IMG/VR virus record: IMGVR_UViG_3300025671_011049
Location: 1 to 47,554 of that record
Length of the DNA stretch: 47,554 nt
Strand: one strand, 5' to 3'
Source: a virus
Lineage: Duplodnaviria; Caudoviricetes
The notes beneath the pieces are model-generated. The model searched no databases and was not told where the DNA came from. It saw only the letters and a list, made by a program, of their open reading frames with translations. This document shows, in pieces, positions 19,800 through 29,109 of this stretch; positions within the stretch are counted from its first letter, which is position 1; each line of letters starts with the position of its first letter. The translations under genes were made by a program, and so were the position numbers.

Positions 19800-19982
19800 A
19801 TGAAAAAGTTATTTTTAACACTAGTAATAGTAGGTCTAATTTCATGTCAGCAAAGTAAAAATAAAGTCCAAATTATGGGCTTACCACAAGATGCAAATGA
19901 TTTACCATTTGAGATTGACTCAATTACAAATGTAAGTCAATTATTAGATTCACTTGAAGCAGTATCCCCTAAAAATTTGTAA
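19800..19982 (+). CDS. Small lipoprotein
   Basis: MKKLFLTLVIVGLIS-C lipobox. Confidence 0.7.
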   Translation: MKKLFLTLVIVGLISCQQSKNKVQIMGLPQDANDLPFEIDSITNVSQLLDSLEAVSPKNL

Positions 19983-20896
19983 TGACTTCTTGTATTATTA
20001 TTACTTCTCATCTAAACGATTCTGGTAAAGAACAAGTTGCTTTAGATTTATTAGATTTTCTTAAAGATAAAAATTTACCTATTATTTTTGTAGGTAATTA
20101 TAAAATACCCGAATTAATACAAGAAAAATCAGATTGGGTTCTTTATACAAAAGAAAATCCTAAAATAAATAGGATGATGCATATTTGGACTCAACTTCCT
20201 TTTGATTCTAAATTTAAGACTAATGTTGTACTTTTTGATTATGGTTATGCCCATTTATTACAAGCTTATAGAGGATTTAAACTCGCTGAAAGCTTAGGAT
20301 ATGATAATGCTATTCACATAAATTATGATATAGAATTTTCTAATGATTCTTTTCAAGTTATCTTAGATAAGCTTAAATCTAACCCTAATTTAGTTTTAGA
20401 ATGGGGAAATAACTATAAAATAGATGGTTATGCTACTAATTTTTATTGCTTTAACGTTAAAGATTTTATATCTATGGCAGATAAAGATCTCCACTTTTAT
20501 AAAAGCAACAACCCTCCAGGAATCAGAGAAGGATGGTATTGCGAGCCTTTTTTTTCATGGATGGTAGATAAAAGTGGTATAGAATTTAATAGAATTAAGC
20601 TTAATGTTAAAGGTAAAATTGCATCTATAGAATCCAGTATAGAGGATAAAGCATGTAGATTTTATGAATGGAAAGAAAAAGATCTTTTACTTTTATGGTT
20701 TGAATATGACACTCCTCCACCACTAGAAGATCTTATTTTTACTTATAAGGATAATACTATTAATGCATCACCAACATCTCATCCTCAATATTTTACTTTG
20801 CCTTTAAGTAAAGGGGAATACTATGACAAAAAAGGAAATCTTGTTGTTGACATAAATGAAGATCATGTATCTCAATTTAAAGTCATCCCTATGTGA
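19982..20896 (+). CDS. Hypothetical protein, possibly GT-A-like
   Basis: Low-GC 304-aa ORF; AIHINYDIE is DxD-like. Confidence 0.55.
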   Translation: MTSCIIITSHLNDSGKEQVALDLLDFLKDKNLPIIFVGNYKIPELIQEKSDWVLYTKENPKINRMMHIWTQLPFDSKFKTNVVLFDYGYAHLLQAYRGFKLAESLGYDNAIHINYDIEFSNDSFQVILDKLKSNPNLVLEWGNNYKIDGYATNFYCFNVKDFISMADKDLHFYKSNNPPGIREGWYCEPFFSWMVDKSGIEFNRIKLNVKGKIASIESSIEDKACRFYEWKEKDLLLLWFEYDTPPPLEDLIFTYKDNTINASPTSHPQYFTLPLSKGEYYDKKGNLVVDINEDHVSQFKVIPM

Positions 20897-20917
20897 TATT
20901 TATCACCAAAAACATAA

Positions 20918-21949
20918 ATGAATCCTATACAGTTTAATCCAACCAAACCAAATCGCCCCTCAGTTTCTAATGGAAACTTCCATATAGGAACAGTTGGAGA
21001 TTATGGACCTAGCAATGTTTCAGGTTTTTATACAGGCTTAACTCCTCCTAGTGGACAGTATGTAGTATATTCAGGAGATGCTCCTACAACTACTACTGTT
21101 AGAGCTTTCCCAAATAAAACTGAATTAATAACTTATCTAAAAATTAAAGGTTTTGTAGCAAGAAAAAAAGAAAAGGAATTTGCTCAACTACTCCAAACTG
21201 CCAGTTTTACAAATAATGTTTGTGTAGTTAATAAAGATATTGAACCTTTTTATATCAATAATAGATTAAAATTCCATTTTGATGCAGGATTTACTCCCTG
21301 CTTTGCTAGTAGTAGTGAACACATATATACTCTAAATGATAGCATCTCAGGGGAGTTATTTCCTGCCTTATCTTCGGGTAGTAGGTATTCAGAAGATAAT
21401 GGAGGTTATATAGACTTTGAAAGTAGTAGGAATGAATATATAGACACAGATTTTACAGTTCCCGCTGCATTTAGAAGCCCATTTAGCCTTAATTTTTGGG
21501 TTTACCTTAGTGGTAGTCAGGCGGATAATACTAGAATATTTAGTAAAGCACCCGGTTCAGGAAACGATGAGTTTGAAGTAGGCATATCTGGTAATACGGT
21601 ATTTGTAACAGTTGCGGGTAATATCACAAAATTTGACCAAATAGGTGACCCAACTCTTAATTTAAACGACTGGAACCTTATTAGTATAGCCTGTAGTAGT
21701 AACACAGATGCTCTTAGTATAAATGGGAGTAACTTTTCTTCTAGAATCCGAGGATCTAATATAACAAGTATTACCTCAACCCGCTCTGTTATTCTAGGAA
21801 GTTTTGGAGGCGCTACTAATTTTTTTAATGGGGGGATAAGTATTATGTCTATGTACGTAGATAATTCAATAACCAAAGCTTCTAATCTATTGCAATATTA
21901 TAATGCTTATGCAAGCAGATTTGGCAAATCACCAATCGAACCAAAATAA
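20918..21949 (+). CDS. LamG/concanavalin-A-like domain virion protein
   Basis: FHFDAG, GGYIDF, FSLNFWV, W-N-L-I, FFNGGIS...YNAYASRFG. Confidence 0.75.
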   Translation: MNPIQFNPTKPNRPSVSNGNFHIGTVGDYGPSNVSGFYTGLTPPSGQYVVYSGDAPTTTTVRAFPNKTELITYLKIKGFVARKKEKEFAQLLQTASFTNNVCVVNKDIEPFYINNRLKFHFDAGFTPCFASSSEHIYTLNDSISGELFPALSSGSRYSEDNGGYIDFESSRNEYIDTDFTVPAAFRSPFSLNFWVYLSGSQADNTRIFSKAPGSGNDEFEVGISGNTVFVTVAGNITKFDQIGDPTLNLNDWNLISIACSSNTDALSINGSNFSSRIRGSNITSITSTRSVILGSFGGATNFFNGGISIMSMYVDNSITKASNLLQYYNAYASRFGKSPIEPK

Positions 21950-21984
21950 AACCTAAAAGTTTTCACACTTTTTCAGCGAAGATT

Positions 21985-22016
21985 TTTGGAATCTCGATTT
22001 TTTCATCGTATATTTA
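21985..22016 (+). promoter_or_regulatory. Early-type promoter (family copy); very short leader
   Basis: TTTGG-N17-CGTATATTTA, with an ATG 4 nt later. Confidence 0.75.
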
Positions 22017-22020
22017 CATC

Positions 22021-22245
22021 ATGAAAAAAGTTACAATCGACAGCGTTTACGCTCAAGCACGTGAAGTGCTCAAACAAGGTCGTGTTGATGAAGCACGTGA
22101 CCTAGCCGATTACGGAATCGTAATGGCTGCTGAAGCTCAAGAAGAGGGTTTGGGTATGGATGATGAACTCGAAGGAGTTCGAATCGGGCTTTGGCTCGAA
22201 CGATTTTGGTATTTTTTAGAAAACAATAATTTGATGTTAGCATGA
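22021..22245 (+). CDS. Hypothetical protein
   Basis: First ORF after the promoter. Confidence 0.7.
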   Translation: MKKVTIDSVYAQAREVLKQGRVDEARDLADYGIVMAAEAQEEGLGMDDELEGVRIGLWLERFWYFLENNNLMLA

Positions 22246-22412
22246 ACGAAGCAATGATTGAAGTAATTAAGGCCAATATGGAGAATATTAAAATGGCTCT
22301 CCATAATTTAAAGCAGTACAATGCTGGGGGTTTGGATCCTGATGTAGCAGACGAACTCAACCAAATTGATTTCGCTACTGAAGAAATTGAACGAGAACTT
22401 AATGCGTTGTAA
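22242..22412 (+). CDS. Hypothetical protein (56 aa), not in the ORF track
   Basis: ATGA overlap; MNEAMIEVIK...RELNAL*. Confidence 0.6.
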   Translation: MNEAMIEVIKANMENIKMALHNLKQYNAGGLDPDVADELNQIDFATEEIERELNAL

Positions 22413-22629
22413 TACTGATATTGATCTAGAAATCGAAGCAGAACGCAAACACCCATTTTACGTTTTAGACGAATTTGCTAGAGTGTTTGCTGGATTAAGA
22501 GGAGGATACCCACATTTTAGTGAAAACATAGATGAAGCAAAACCAATTTACAACAATGCCCAGTTCCGAAACATCAAATACGGACATACCTACAAAATCG
22601 AACGAGTTGAAGTACAAGATCTATTGTGA
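22402..22629 (+). CDS. Hypothetical protein
   Basis: ATG at 22402 (MRCNTD...). Confidence 0.6.
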   Translation: MRCNTDIDLEIEAERKHPFYVLDEFARVFAGLRGGYPHFSENIDEAKPIYNNAQFRNIKYGHTYKIERVEVQDLL

Positions 22630-23086
22630 TATGGATGGAGTGCTTGTTGACTTTGACAAGCAGTTTACTGAAAGTATCTCACCTTGGAAACCAAAACAAT
22701 TCATTGATAAAAATGGATTGGATGAGTTCTGGAAGGAAATTGACGAACGAGGAGTAGGATTTTGGGTAGGAATGAAGTGGATGGAAGATGGTAAGGAATT
22801 ATTCGAACACATTACTTCCAACTATGAAGTTGAATTACTTTCCTCACCTTCACGTAGTGAAACATCACGTTTAGGAAAACGTTTGTGGGTTCGTAATCAC
22901 AAACTAGGAGTTAAATTGAATTTAGAGTATTCTAAAAACAAACAAAAATTTGCTGCTCCAAACCATATTTTAATTGATGATCGAAAAGATATCATTAAAA
23001 GGTGGGAAGAGGCAGGAGGAATTGGTATCTTACATACATCAACAAAAAACACAATTGAATGTCTGAGAAAAAAGGGCATACTGTAA
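22607..23086 (+). CDS. HAD-family 5'(3')-deoxyribonucleotidase-like phosphatase
   Basis: IYCDMDGVLVDF, LLSSP, KRLWV, ILIDDR; TTG start inferred. Confidence 0.85.
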   Translation: MKYKIYCDMDGVLVDFDKQFTESISPWKPKQFIDKNGLDEFWKEIDERGVGFWVGMKWMEDGKELFEHITSNYEVELLSSPSRSETSRLGKRLWVRNHKLGVKLNLEYSKNKQKFAAPNHILIDDRKDIIKRWEEAGGIGILHTSTKNTIECLRKKGIL

Positions 23087-23388
23087 AGCTCAAATTTGAT
23101 TTTCCCGAACACTTATGCTGTGAAGTATATGTTCCTAATCTAGAAGATTGGTTTAGAACAACAGCAAATGAATTTAGAAGTTGGGTAGGCAAACGAAGAA
23201 TATTAAAATTTGAAGGTAAACTTGGAAGCGAAGAAAGAACTTCGTATTATGAAGAATACAATGGACCTACGTATCTATTTGGTACCAACAAGAAAATTAA
23301 TACAACAAAATATCAACAAAATAAAGTAGCATTTGTAAACAATAATGATCCACGTGAATTTAAACGACGACCTTATGAACAAATCTAA
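23059..23388 (+). CDS. Hypothetical protein
   Basis: 109-aa ORF in the operon. Confidence 0.65.
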   Translation: MSEKKGHTVKLKFDFPEHLCCEVYVPNLEDWFRTTANEFRSWVGKRRILKFEGKLGSEERTSYYEEYNGPTYLFGTNKKINTTKYQQNKVAFVNNNDPREFKRRPYEQI

Positions 23389-23551
23389 AAAAACACAAGC
23401 TCAAATTGAGCGTGAAATGCGAGAAGAATTGCGTAAGCAAGGCATTGATGTAGATTTCCAAGATAATTTTGGAGATGTATATGGTAGTGATGATGATTGT
23501 ATGATTACCTACAAAGACAGTTATGATGAGTACGGTGATGATGAGTACTAA
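23375..23551 (+). CDS. Small acidic hypothetical protein
   Basis: ATG 23375; D/E-rich C-terminus. Confidence 0.55.
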   Translation: MNKSKKTQAQIEREMREELRKQGIDVDFQDNFGDVYGSDDDCMITYKDSYDEYGDDEY

Positions 23552-24152
23552 AACATTTAAGTGCCCCCCTGGACAAGAGGGATTAACCAAAAATTTCCAA
23601 AAAGAAATTTATTCTGAGAATGAATATAATAGATTTGATGTTCAAATTGAGGAAGGAGATATAGTATTAGATTGTGGGGCTAATGTAGGTATTTTTACAC
23701 AATATGCTTTTGATATGGGAGCTTCCCAAGTATTAGCGTATGAATGTGATACCCTCTACTACAATTATTATACAAAAAATATTTTAGATGATAGAGCTAA
23801 ACTTACATTAGGAACTGTAGGTGGGGGTGAAAATGATGTTGATTTAGCTAAAATATTAAACCAACACCAAATAGAAAAAATTAATTTTGTTAAAGTTGAT
23901 ATTGAAGGAGCAGAATGGGAGCTATTTGATAAAATTAAGGTAGAGGATATAAAAAAAGTAGATAAATGGGCAATAGAATTTCATACTCAATATTTCAATT
24001 CAAACGTAAATTGTGAACAAAAAGCTGATTATTTGTGGAGTTTTTTAAAAATACTTGAAAAATTTAACGTAAATGGCTTTAATACTAAGTATGAACACAT
24101 CCATAAGGGATGGGATGTTGTTCATTTATACGCTAAAAAAACAAGCTTTTAA
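23538..24152 (+). CDS. FkbM-family methyltransferase
   Basis: VLDCGANVG, FVKVDIEGAE, IEFH. Confidence 0.88.
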   Translation: MMSTKTFKCPPGQEGLTKNFQKEIYSENEYNRFDVQIEEGDIVLDCGANVGIFTQYAFDMGASQVLAYECDTLYYNYYTKNILDDRAKLTLGTVGGGENDVDLAKILNQHQIEKINFVKVDIEGAEWELFDKIKVEDIKKVDKWAIEFHTQYFNSNVNCEQKADYLWSFLKILEKFNVNGFNTKYEHIHKGWDVVHLYAKKTSF

Positions 24153-24193
24153 CAACACACCCCTCCCCTTTAATCCATATATACGAACCAACA

Positions 24194-24376
24194 ATGATTT
24201 TAAATTACACTATCTACTACTTATTATGTGGTCTACTAATAGGACTGTGGATCGAATCAATGACAAGATACGGAGGAGACAATGTTGACTCTAAAGAGCG
24301 AGCCGCACTAATTATTTTGTGGCCTGTAATGCTGTTAATTTTTGTGTATCACTTCTTTAAAGAACTTTTAAAATGA
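24194..24376 (+). CDS. Small membrane protein
   Basis: Two hydrophobic segments; ILWP motif. Confidence 0.65.
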   Translation: MILNYTIYYLLCGLLIGLWIESMTRYGGDNVDSKERAALIILWPVMLLIFVYHFFKELLK

Positions 24377-24485
24377 TTAAAATGTTTTTAGCAGTAGTAT
24401 GTGCTTTAGGAGCCGTACTTTACATGATCCAGCTGGTTGAATTCTGGGAAGAAAAACAGAAGAAAAAAATGGATAGGTTTAAGAA

Positions 24486-25055
24486 ATGAATATTATAGAG
24501 AAACATAGAACCTTATTTTGTTCACCTCCCAGGCAAGCTACTAGAGCCATTGGGGCGTTTTTAACACGTAATTATGGGTTAGTAGGAAGTAAGGGGAAAA
24601 ATAGTTTAGAGCATACTACCCATATTCCTGAAGGGAAGGAAGGATATGATATAATAATGACTGTAAGGAATCCTTATTTTAGGTACCTAAGTACTTGGAG
24701 TTGGCAGAATAATTTATATGAAAATAAAAGGGTAGAAAAGCCTACTTCTCAAGTTGTATTAAAGAGTTTGTTTTATCTTTCTAATTGGGGGGATTTACCC
24801 GATAAAGTTTCTTATTGGGTGAGAACTGAATGTATTGGGGAGGATTTATTAAAGGTTCCTTTTATACAAAATGATTATCAAAAAGGGAAAATTGATCCTG
24901 AAGCAGAATTTGCAACTAATTTTTATAAATCTACGTATGATCCTATTTGGATAGAGGATTTAAACGAAAATGCTTCTTTGATATATGAGAATCAAAAATG
25001 GATATTTGATAAATTTGGGTATGATAAAGATTCTTATAAATTAATACTGGAATGA
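24486..25055 (+). CDS. Sulfotransferase family 2-like protein
   Basis: PPRQATRA (PSB-like), VRNPYFRYLS, FDKFGY. Confidence 0.65.
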   Translation: MNIIEKHRTLFCSPPRQATRAIGAFLTRNYGLVGSKGKNSLEHTTHIPEGKEGYDIIMTVRNPYFRYLSTWSWQNNLYENKRVEKPTSQVVLKSLFYLSNWGDLPDKVSYWVRTECIGEDLLKVPFIQNDYQKGKIDPEAEFATNFYKSTYDPIWIEDLNENASLIYENQKWIFDKFGYDKDSYKLILE

Positions 25056-25209
25056 CGCTAGAAGAATTTGTAATATACAAAACTCGTTGGTTAAATGGGT
25101 TTAATAAGCACATGAAATTGGGAGATATAGATTTTAAAACCTATATGCTAATGAATGGAGTGAGTAGTGAGGAATTTGATGTATTAAACAAACAGTCCGA
25201 AAAATAAGT

Positions 25210-25410
25210 ATGAGGGATTTAATTAAATTTACTTTAATTTGGATTTCCCAAAATTTAGCTATTCCGTTTTGGATTGTAGGGCACGTACACTTAAGTGTAA
25301 ATATTTATAAAGATCTTCACGAGATTATAGCTTCGGTAGGGATGAATTTATTGGTATTAGTAGGATTCGTATTAGATTTTAAGGACTCTAAGAAAAAGGC
25401 GTCATATTAA
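25210..25410 (+). CDS. Small membrane protein
   Basis: Two hydrophobic segments. Confidence 0.65.
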   Translation: MRDLIKFTLIWISQNLAIPFWIVGHVHLSVNIYKDLHEIIASVGMNLLVLVGFVLDFKDSKKKASY

Positions 25411-25455
25411 AGTCATATGAGATTTTGGAATCCGGAGGACCCTTTCGTATCTTTA
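25398..25455 (+). promoter_or_regulatory. Early-type promoter with a tandem GTCAT-N6-GTCAT box
   Basis: GGCGTCATATTAAAGTCATA (identical to 41316-41335), then TTTGG-N17-CGTATCTTTA. Confidence 0.8.
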
Positions 25456-25462
25456 TGGGGTA

Positions 25463-25687
25463 ATGATTGATGATATGATGAAAAACGAAACAGAAAAAGG
25501 GTGTGATTTCCCGGTTGTCGAAGTTTTGACTTTGATTTTTGTAGCTGCCAAATTGTTTGGTTATATTGATTGGAGCTGGGGATTGGTTCTCAGCCCAATT
25601 TGGATCAGCTTGTTGGCTGACGTTTGTATGGCAGCCACGCTTGCTGTTGTTAGTTTGCTTATTAACTCTACCGTAAATAAAAAATAA
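25463..25687 (+). CDS. Small membrane protein
   Basis: KLFGYIDWSWGLVLSPIW motif; start may be 25475 or 25478. Confidence 0.7.
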   Translation: MIDDMMKNETEKGCDFPVVEVLTLIFVAAKLFGYIDWSWGLVLSPIWISLLADVCMAATLAVVSLLINSTVNKK

Positions 25688-25776
25688 ATGATTTATCAAT
25701 TTATTGACTTTCAGGCACTTTTGACAACGATTGCTGTTACAGCGATTATGTTTTACCAATGTAGAAAATTGAAGTA

Positions 25777-26220
25777 ATGGAAGATTTGAAATTTAAAACA
25801 GCTGGTGAAGTAGCTAATACTGTGGATCCTGATTTTACTTGTGCTAATAATAGTAATTTCCAGTTGAATGTTAATGGTTTTAGAATTAGCGTTGCATTTG
25901 GTCCAGGTATGTACGTTGAGAATGATATCCGTTACTCAAAGGAAGATCCTCGAGGTCAATACGTTTGGGGTAGTAAGTTTGCTGAGGTGAAAATTTGGGA
26001 TCGAAGTGGTAACCCCATGTTTGAGTCGGTTCCAATGGATGAGCTTAATCGAACTGTTGAGGATGTTTGGAAACTAGAGGCTCAAGGTGGACATAATGAT
26101 CAAGTGTTTGGTTGGTGTTCTTCTGATTGTGTTGCTCGTATGATTGGATGTTTGGCAAGTTGCCCTCCACATGAGGATCCTCGAAGAGCTCTTGTGCAAA
26201 TTGAAGAAGCTTCACGCTGA
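25777..26220 (+). CDS. Hypothetical protein
   Basis: 147-aa ORF. Confidence 0.7.
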   Translation: MEDLKFKTAGEVANTVDPDFTCANNSNFQLNVNGFRISVAFGPGMYVENDIRYSKEDPRGQYVWGSKFAEVKIWDRSGNPMFESVPMDELNRTVEDVWKLEAQGGHNDQVFGWCSSDCVARMIGCLASCPPHEDPRRALVQIEEASR

Positions 26221-26222
26221 TG

Positions 26223-26254
26223 CGTGGGGCTTCGTCCTTTCGTTCGTATATTTA
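26223..26254 (+). promoter_or_regulatory. Early-type promoter (family copy)
   Basis: CGTGG-N17-CGTATATTTA. Confidence 0.75.
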
Positions 26255-26300
26255 CAGAGTCCGGTTGCGGGCGTATTGTTTAATTTAAATCCAATTAAAG

Positions 26301-26684
26301 ATGTTTGTAGAAAAAATTAAAGAAGCTCAAGAGTTGCTTGCTAATAATAATGAGTTGGAAAAAGCCCAAATCCGATTCTCCATTCCAGATACTGGAAGAT
26401 ATGGTTATATTCAAAAGAATTATGAACTAGAAGTTTCCCGTGATCATTTTCGTGAAGAGCAATTTAATTATTCATTATATGAAACTGGATTGTTTGGTTC
26501 GTTTATGGGTAGTGTTACTCCTATGAAAAATGGGAAAGGAATGGTTGTTAAGAGGTTTTGGTTAGGTAAAGTAATGACTCAAACCCTTCATTATAAATTT
26601 CTTGAGTTTGGGAAAATAGTTCAAATTGAGGAGATGAAAGAAAACCCTGAACCTGTTAAGGAAACTGAAGAATTGCCATTCTAA
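26301..26684 (+). CDS. Hypothetical protein
   Basis: Follows the promoter and a CCAATTAAA leader. Confidence 0.7.
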   Translation: MFVEKIKEAQELLANNNELEKAQIRFSIPDTGRYGYIQKNYELEVSRDHFREEQFNYSLYETGLFGSFMGSVTPMKNGKGMVVKRFWLGKVMTQTLHYKFLEFGKIVQIEEMKENPEPVKETEELPF

Positions 26685-26890
26685 TGGATAAATTAATGAG
26701 AGATTTGATTTTCTCCATGGATATGGAGGATATCATCGAGATGTTGAGGGAACTTCGCGAACTTAGCGAAATGTCACCAAGTGAGCGTGAAATTTATGGG
26801 TTAATTCACCCTGACGCTCAACTTATTGCAGAATGTAGTAAGGAATCATTGATTGCTTCGAAAGAAGATGTGTTAATGATTTTGAATTGA
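26684..26890 (+). CDS. Hypothetical protein
   Basis: TAATG coupling to the previous gene. Confidence 0.65.
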   Translation: MDKLMRDLIFSMDMEDIIEMLRELRELSEMSPSEREIYGLIHPDAQLIAECSKESLIASKEDVLMILN

Positions 26891-26911
26891 GAAAATTTGT
26901 TCGTATATTCA
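26880..26911 (+). promoter_or_regulatory. Early-type promoter (family copy)
   Basis: TTTTG-N17-CGTATATTCA. Confidence 0.65.
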
Positions 26912-26929
26912 CACGTAAATGATTGAGAG

Positions 26930-27409
26930 ATGAACGTTTTATATTTACATGGTTTAGAAAGTTTGCCTGAGGGTCCAAAAATGGAGTATTTGAAAGATCG
27001 ATTCACAAATTATTATGCTCCTAAAATTGATTATGAAGATCCAGACGCTTACGAAGAAATCCTTGATTTGTGTATTGCTGAGGAATTTGACATGATTATT
27101 GGTTCTTCTATGGGAGGTTATTTTGCTCATGCAATAGGAACTACATTAGGTACACCAGTTATTATGTTTAACCCTGCTTTGCATTCTCGTTCATTTAATC
27201 CTTATGGTGTTGTTTGCGGTGAAAAACCCATTGACGGGGTTTGTGTGTTGGGGATGGATGATGACGTTATTGACCCTACAACAACGTATAACATGCTGAA
27301 AAACGACGAGAAATTGGCAATTATGCCTGTTGAAGGTATGGGTCATCGCACGCCATTTGAAAAGTTTGTTGAGATAATTGAATTGGTCGTTCCTGAAGAA
27401 GTTGAGTAA
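26930..27409 (+). CDS. YqiA/YcfP-like alpha/beta hydrolase (esterase)
   Basis: LYLHG, GSSMGG nucleophile elbow, NPAL, DDVI, GH. Confidence 0.88.
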   Translation: MNVLYLHGLESLPEGPKMEYLKDRFTNYYAPKIDYEDPDAYEEILDLCIAEEFDMIIGSSMGGYFAHAIGTTLGTPVIMFNPALHSRSFNPYGVVCGEKPIDGVCVLGMDDDVIDPTTTYNMLKNDEKLAIMPVEGMGHRTPFEKFVEIIELVVPEEVE

Positions 27410-27420
27410 TATTTATCGGT

Positions 27421-27984
27421 ATGATTAAACTGGTAGATTTACTCTTTGAAGAGTATCCCAAAGGTAAGTATATCCCTTTAGATGATAAGGAAGTAGAACA
27501 AGCTAAACAAGACTTATTTAGTCTAATAGATAATGCCTATAAAGATATTGGAGGTCATGTAAAATTTAAGTCTCCTGATGATGTTTTAGATCCTGAATTA
27601 GAATTTTGGAGAGCAGCTGATTTAGACGATGATCCTGATTTGGACGTCGTCTATTTTGGTAAGAAAACACCATTTGGTGTTAAACATACTGGATTTGGGC
27701 ACGATGGTGAAAGACCTAATATTAAAAACCTACTTATTAAAAAATCAGGTGAACTTAACTCACCTGGTAACTATGTTGAGGTAAGTGGTGATGCTTATAG
27801 GGTATTTGTTGATAGAGGAGGAGTACCTATAATTGATGATGAGGAAAAGGTAAGAACCATTTTAAATAAAAAAGACCTAGAATGGCATGGAAAACATCCA
27901 ACAGGTAAATACCCAGGTAATGGGTGGTATACTCGTACAATTGGTGGTAAAAGAATAACAAAAACTATGGCAGGAAACGTTTAA
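27421..27984 (+). CDS. Hypothetical protein with MIKLVDLLFE leader (probable head-packaged protein)
   Basis: Short leader ending in L-x-E; ATATTTAT upstream. Confidence 0.65.
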   Translation: MIKLVDLLFEEYPKGKYIPLDDKEVEQAKQDLFSLIDNAYKDIGGHVKFKSPDDVLDPELEFWRAADLDDDPDLDVVYFGKKTPFGVKHTGFGHDGERPNIKNLLIKKSGELNSPGNYVEVSGDAYRVFVDRGGVPIIDDEEKVRTILNKKDLEWHGKHPTGKYPGNGWYTRTIGGKRITKTMAGNV

Positions 27985-28015
27985 TCCGCATATTTATCAA
28001 TAAACAACATTAAAA

Positions 28016-29044
28016 ATGAAAGAATTAAACAACTTTAGACAGTTTATCAACGAAGGTAAAGAAAATGTTGATGAATTGTTTGGAATGGGTAAGAAAAACC
28101 GCTCTAAAAGGGGTGAAATGGCACTTGACTTTTCAGCCTTTGTTGAAGAATTATTTGATGAAGGAGTAATCAGTAAAGAATTACACAACAAACTTAGCTC
28201 AGGAGTAGCTGAATTGTATTCTAATGTAATGGATGCTGAATCTGGAGAGGTTCAGAAAACATATGATTATGAACCATTTGAAGATGATGGATTGGATGTA
28301 AATGATGCAGCACTTGATGAAATGATCAATATTAACGAATGGTCAAATGACCGTGATTTTGAAATTGATTCTGATGAGGATATTTTGGGTACACAGATGA
28401 TAATTTCCGATATAGAAAATTTGATCCGAAATCTTAAAAGGTGGGATAATGATGGTAAAACAAAGGATGAATATTATGGAAAATATCTAGATAAGGAATT
28501 TAATGATATGACTAAAAATCCTAATTCTATATATAGAAGACTTTTTAAACATTGGGTGGATGGCAAAACGGATAAAATTTTATCAAAGGTTGCGATAGAG
28601 TGGGAGAGGGGTGAAAATGATTTTATGAAGCTTGGGAATATGTTGCCGGGGCTTAATGAGATTATAAAAGAGTTAGAAAAAAAAGCTAAATACAAACAAG
28701 AGAGGAACTTTGCCAAGAAAAATAAAAAAAGTGAGTTGACAATATATGATACCTGGAAAGAACAAAATGATGCAGCACTTGATGAAGTAATCAATGAAGC
28801 TAAACCTAACCTCAAGAAAGCATTACCTACTATTGCATCACGCAATGTTGAGAGAAACAATCTTATCAACGCTGACATTGAAGATATGATGGATATGGTA
28901 GGAGAAGCAGGAAAAGGCGATGGAAGCGAAGAAGCTGAAATTTTATTTAGAGCTTCAAATGCTTCTGACGAGTTAGAACAAGCACTTACAGACTTACAAA
29001 TACACTTCGAAGATGATTTGGGTGAAGGTAAAGAAGAAGAATAA
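28016..29044 (+). CDS. Acidic modular protein with capsid-targeting-like leader
   Basis: MKELNNFRQFINE; internal NDAALDE(M/V)IN repeated twice. Confidence 0.7.
   Translation: MKELNNFRQFINEGKENVDELFGMGKKNRSKRGEMALDFSAFVEELFDEGVISKELHNKLSSGVAELYSNVMDAESGEVQKTYDYEPFEDDGLDVNDAALDEMININEWSNDRDFEIDSDEDILGTQMIISDIENLIRNLKRWDNDGKTKDEYYGKYLDKEFNDMTKNPNSIYRRLFKHWVDGKTDKILSKVAIEWERGENDFMKLGNMLPGLNEIIKELEKKAKYKQERNFAKKNKKSELTIYDTWKEQNDAALDEVINEAKPNLKKALPTIASRNVERNNLINADIEDMMDMVGEAGKGDGSEEAEILFRASNASDELEQALTDLQIHFEDDLGEGKEEE
28300..28786 (+). repeat. 22-bp direct repeat flanking an in-frame cassette
   Basis: AAATGATGCAGCACTTGATGAA at 28300-28321 and 28765-28786 (465 bp apart, 155 codons). Confidence 0.9.
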
Positions 29045-29109
29045 ATTTAAAAAATGTGTTTGGGAGTACTGGATAAAACCCTGGTATCATCCCCTTTAAA
29101 AATATAAAA

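Noticed and set aside
24176-24190. Reverse-strand partial match to the early promoter (GGTTCGTATATATG)
   Set aside because: It deviates at the 3' end of the box and has no credible downstream minus-strand gene, so it may be chance.
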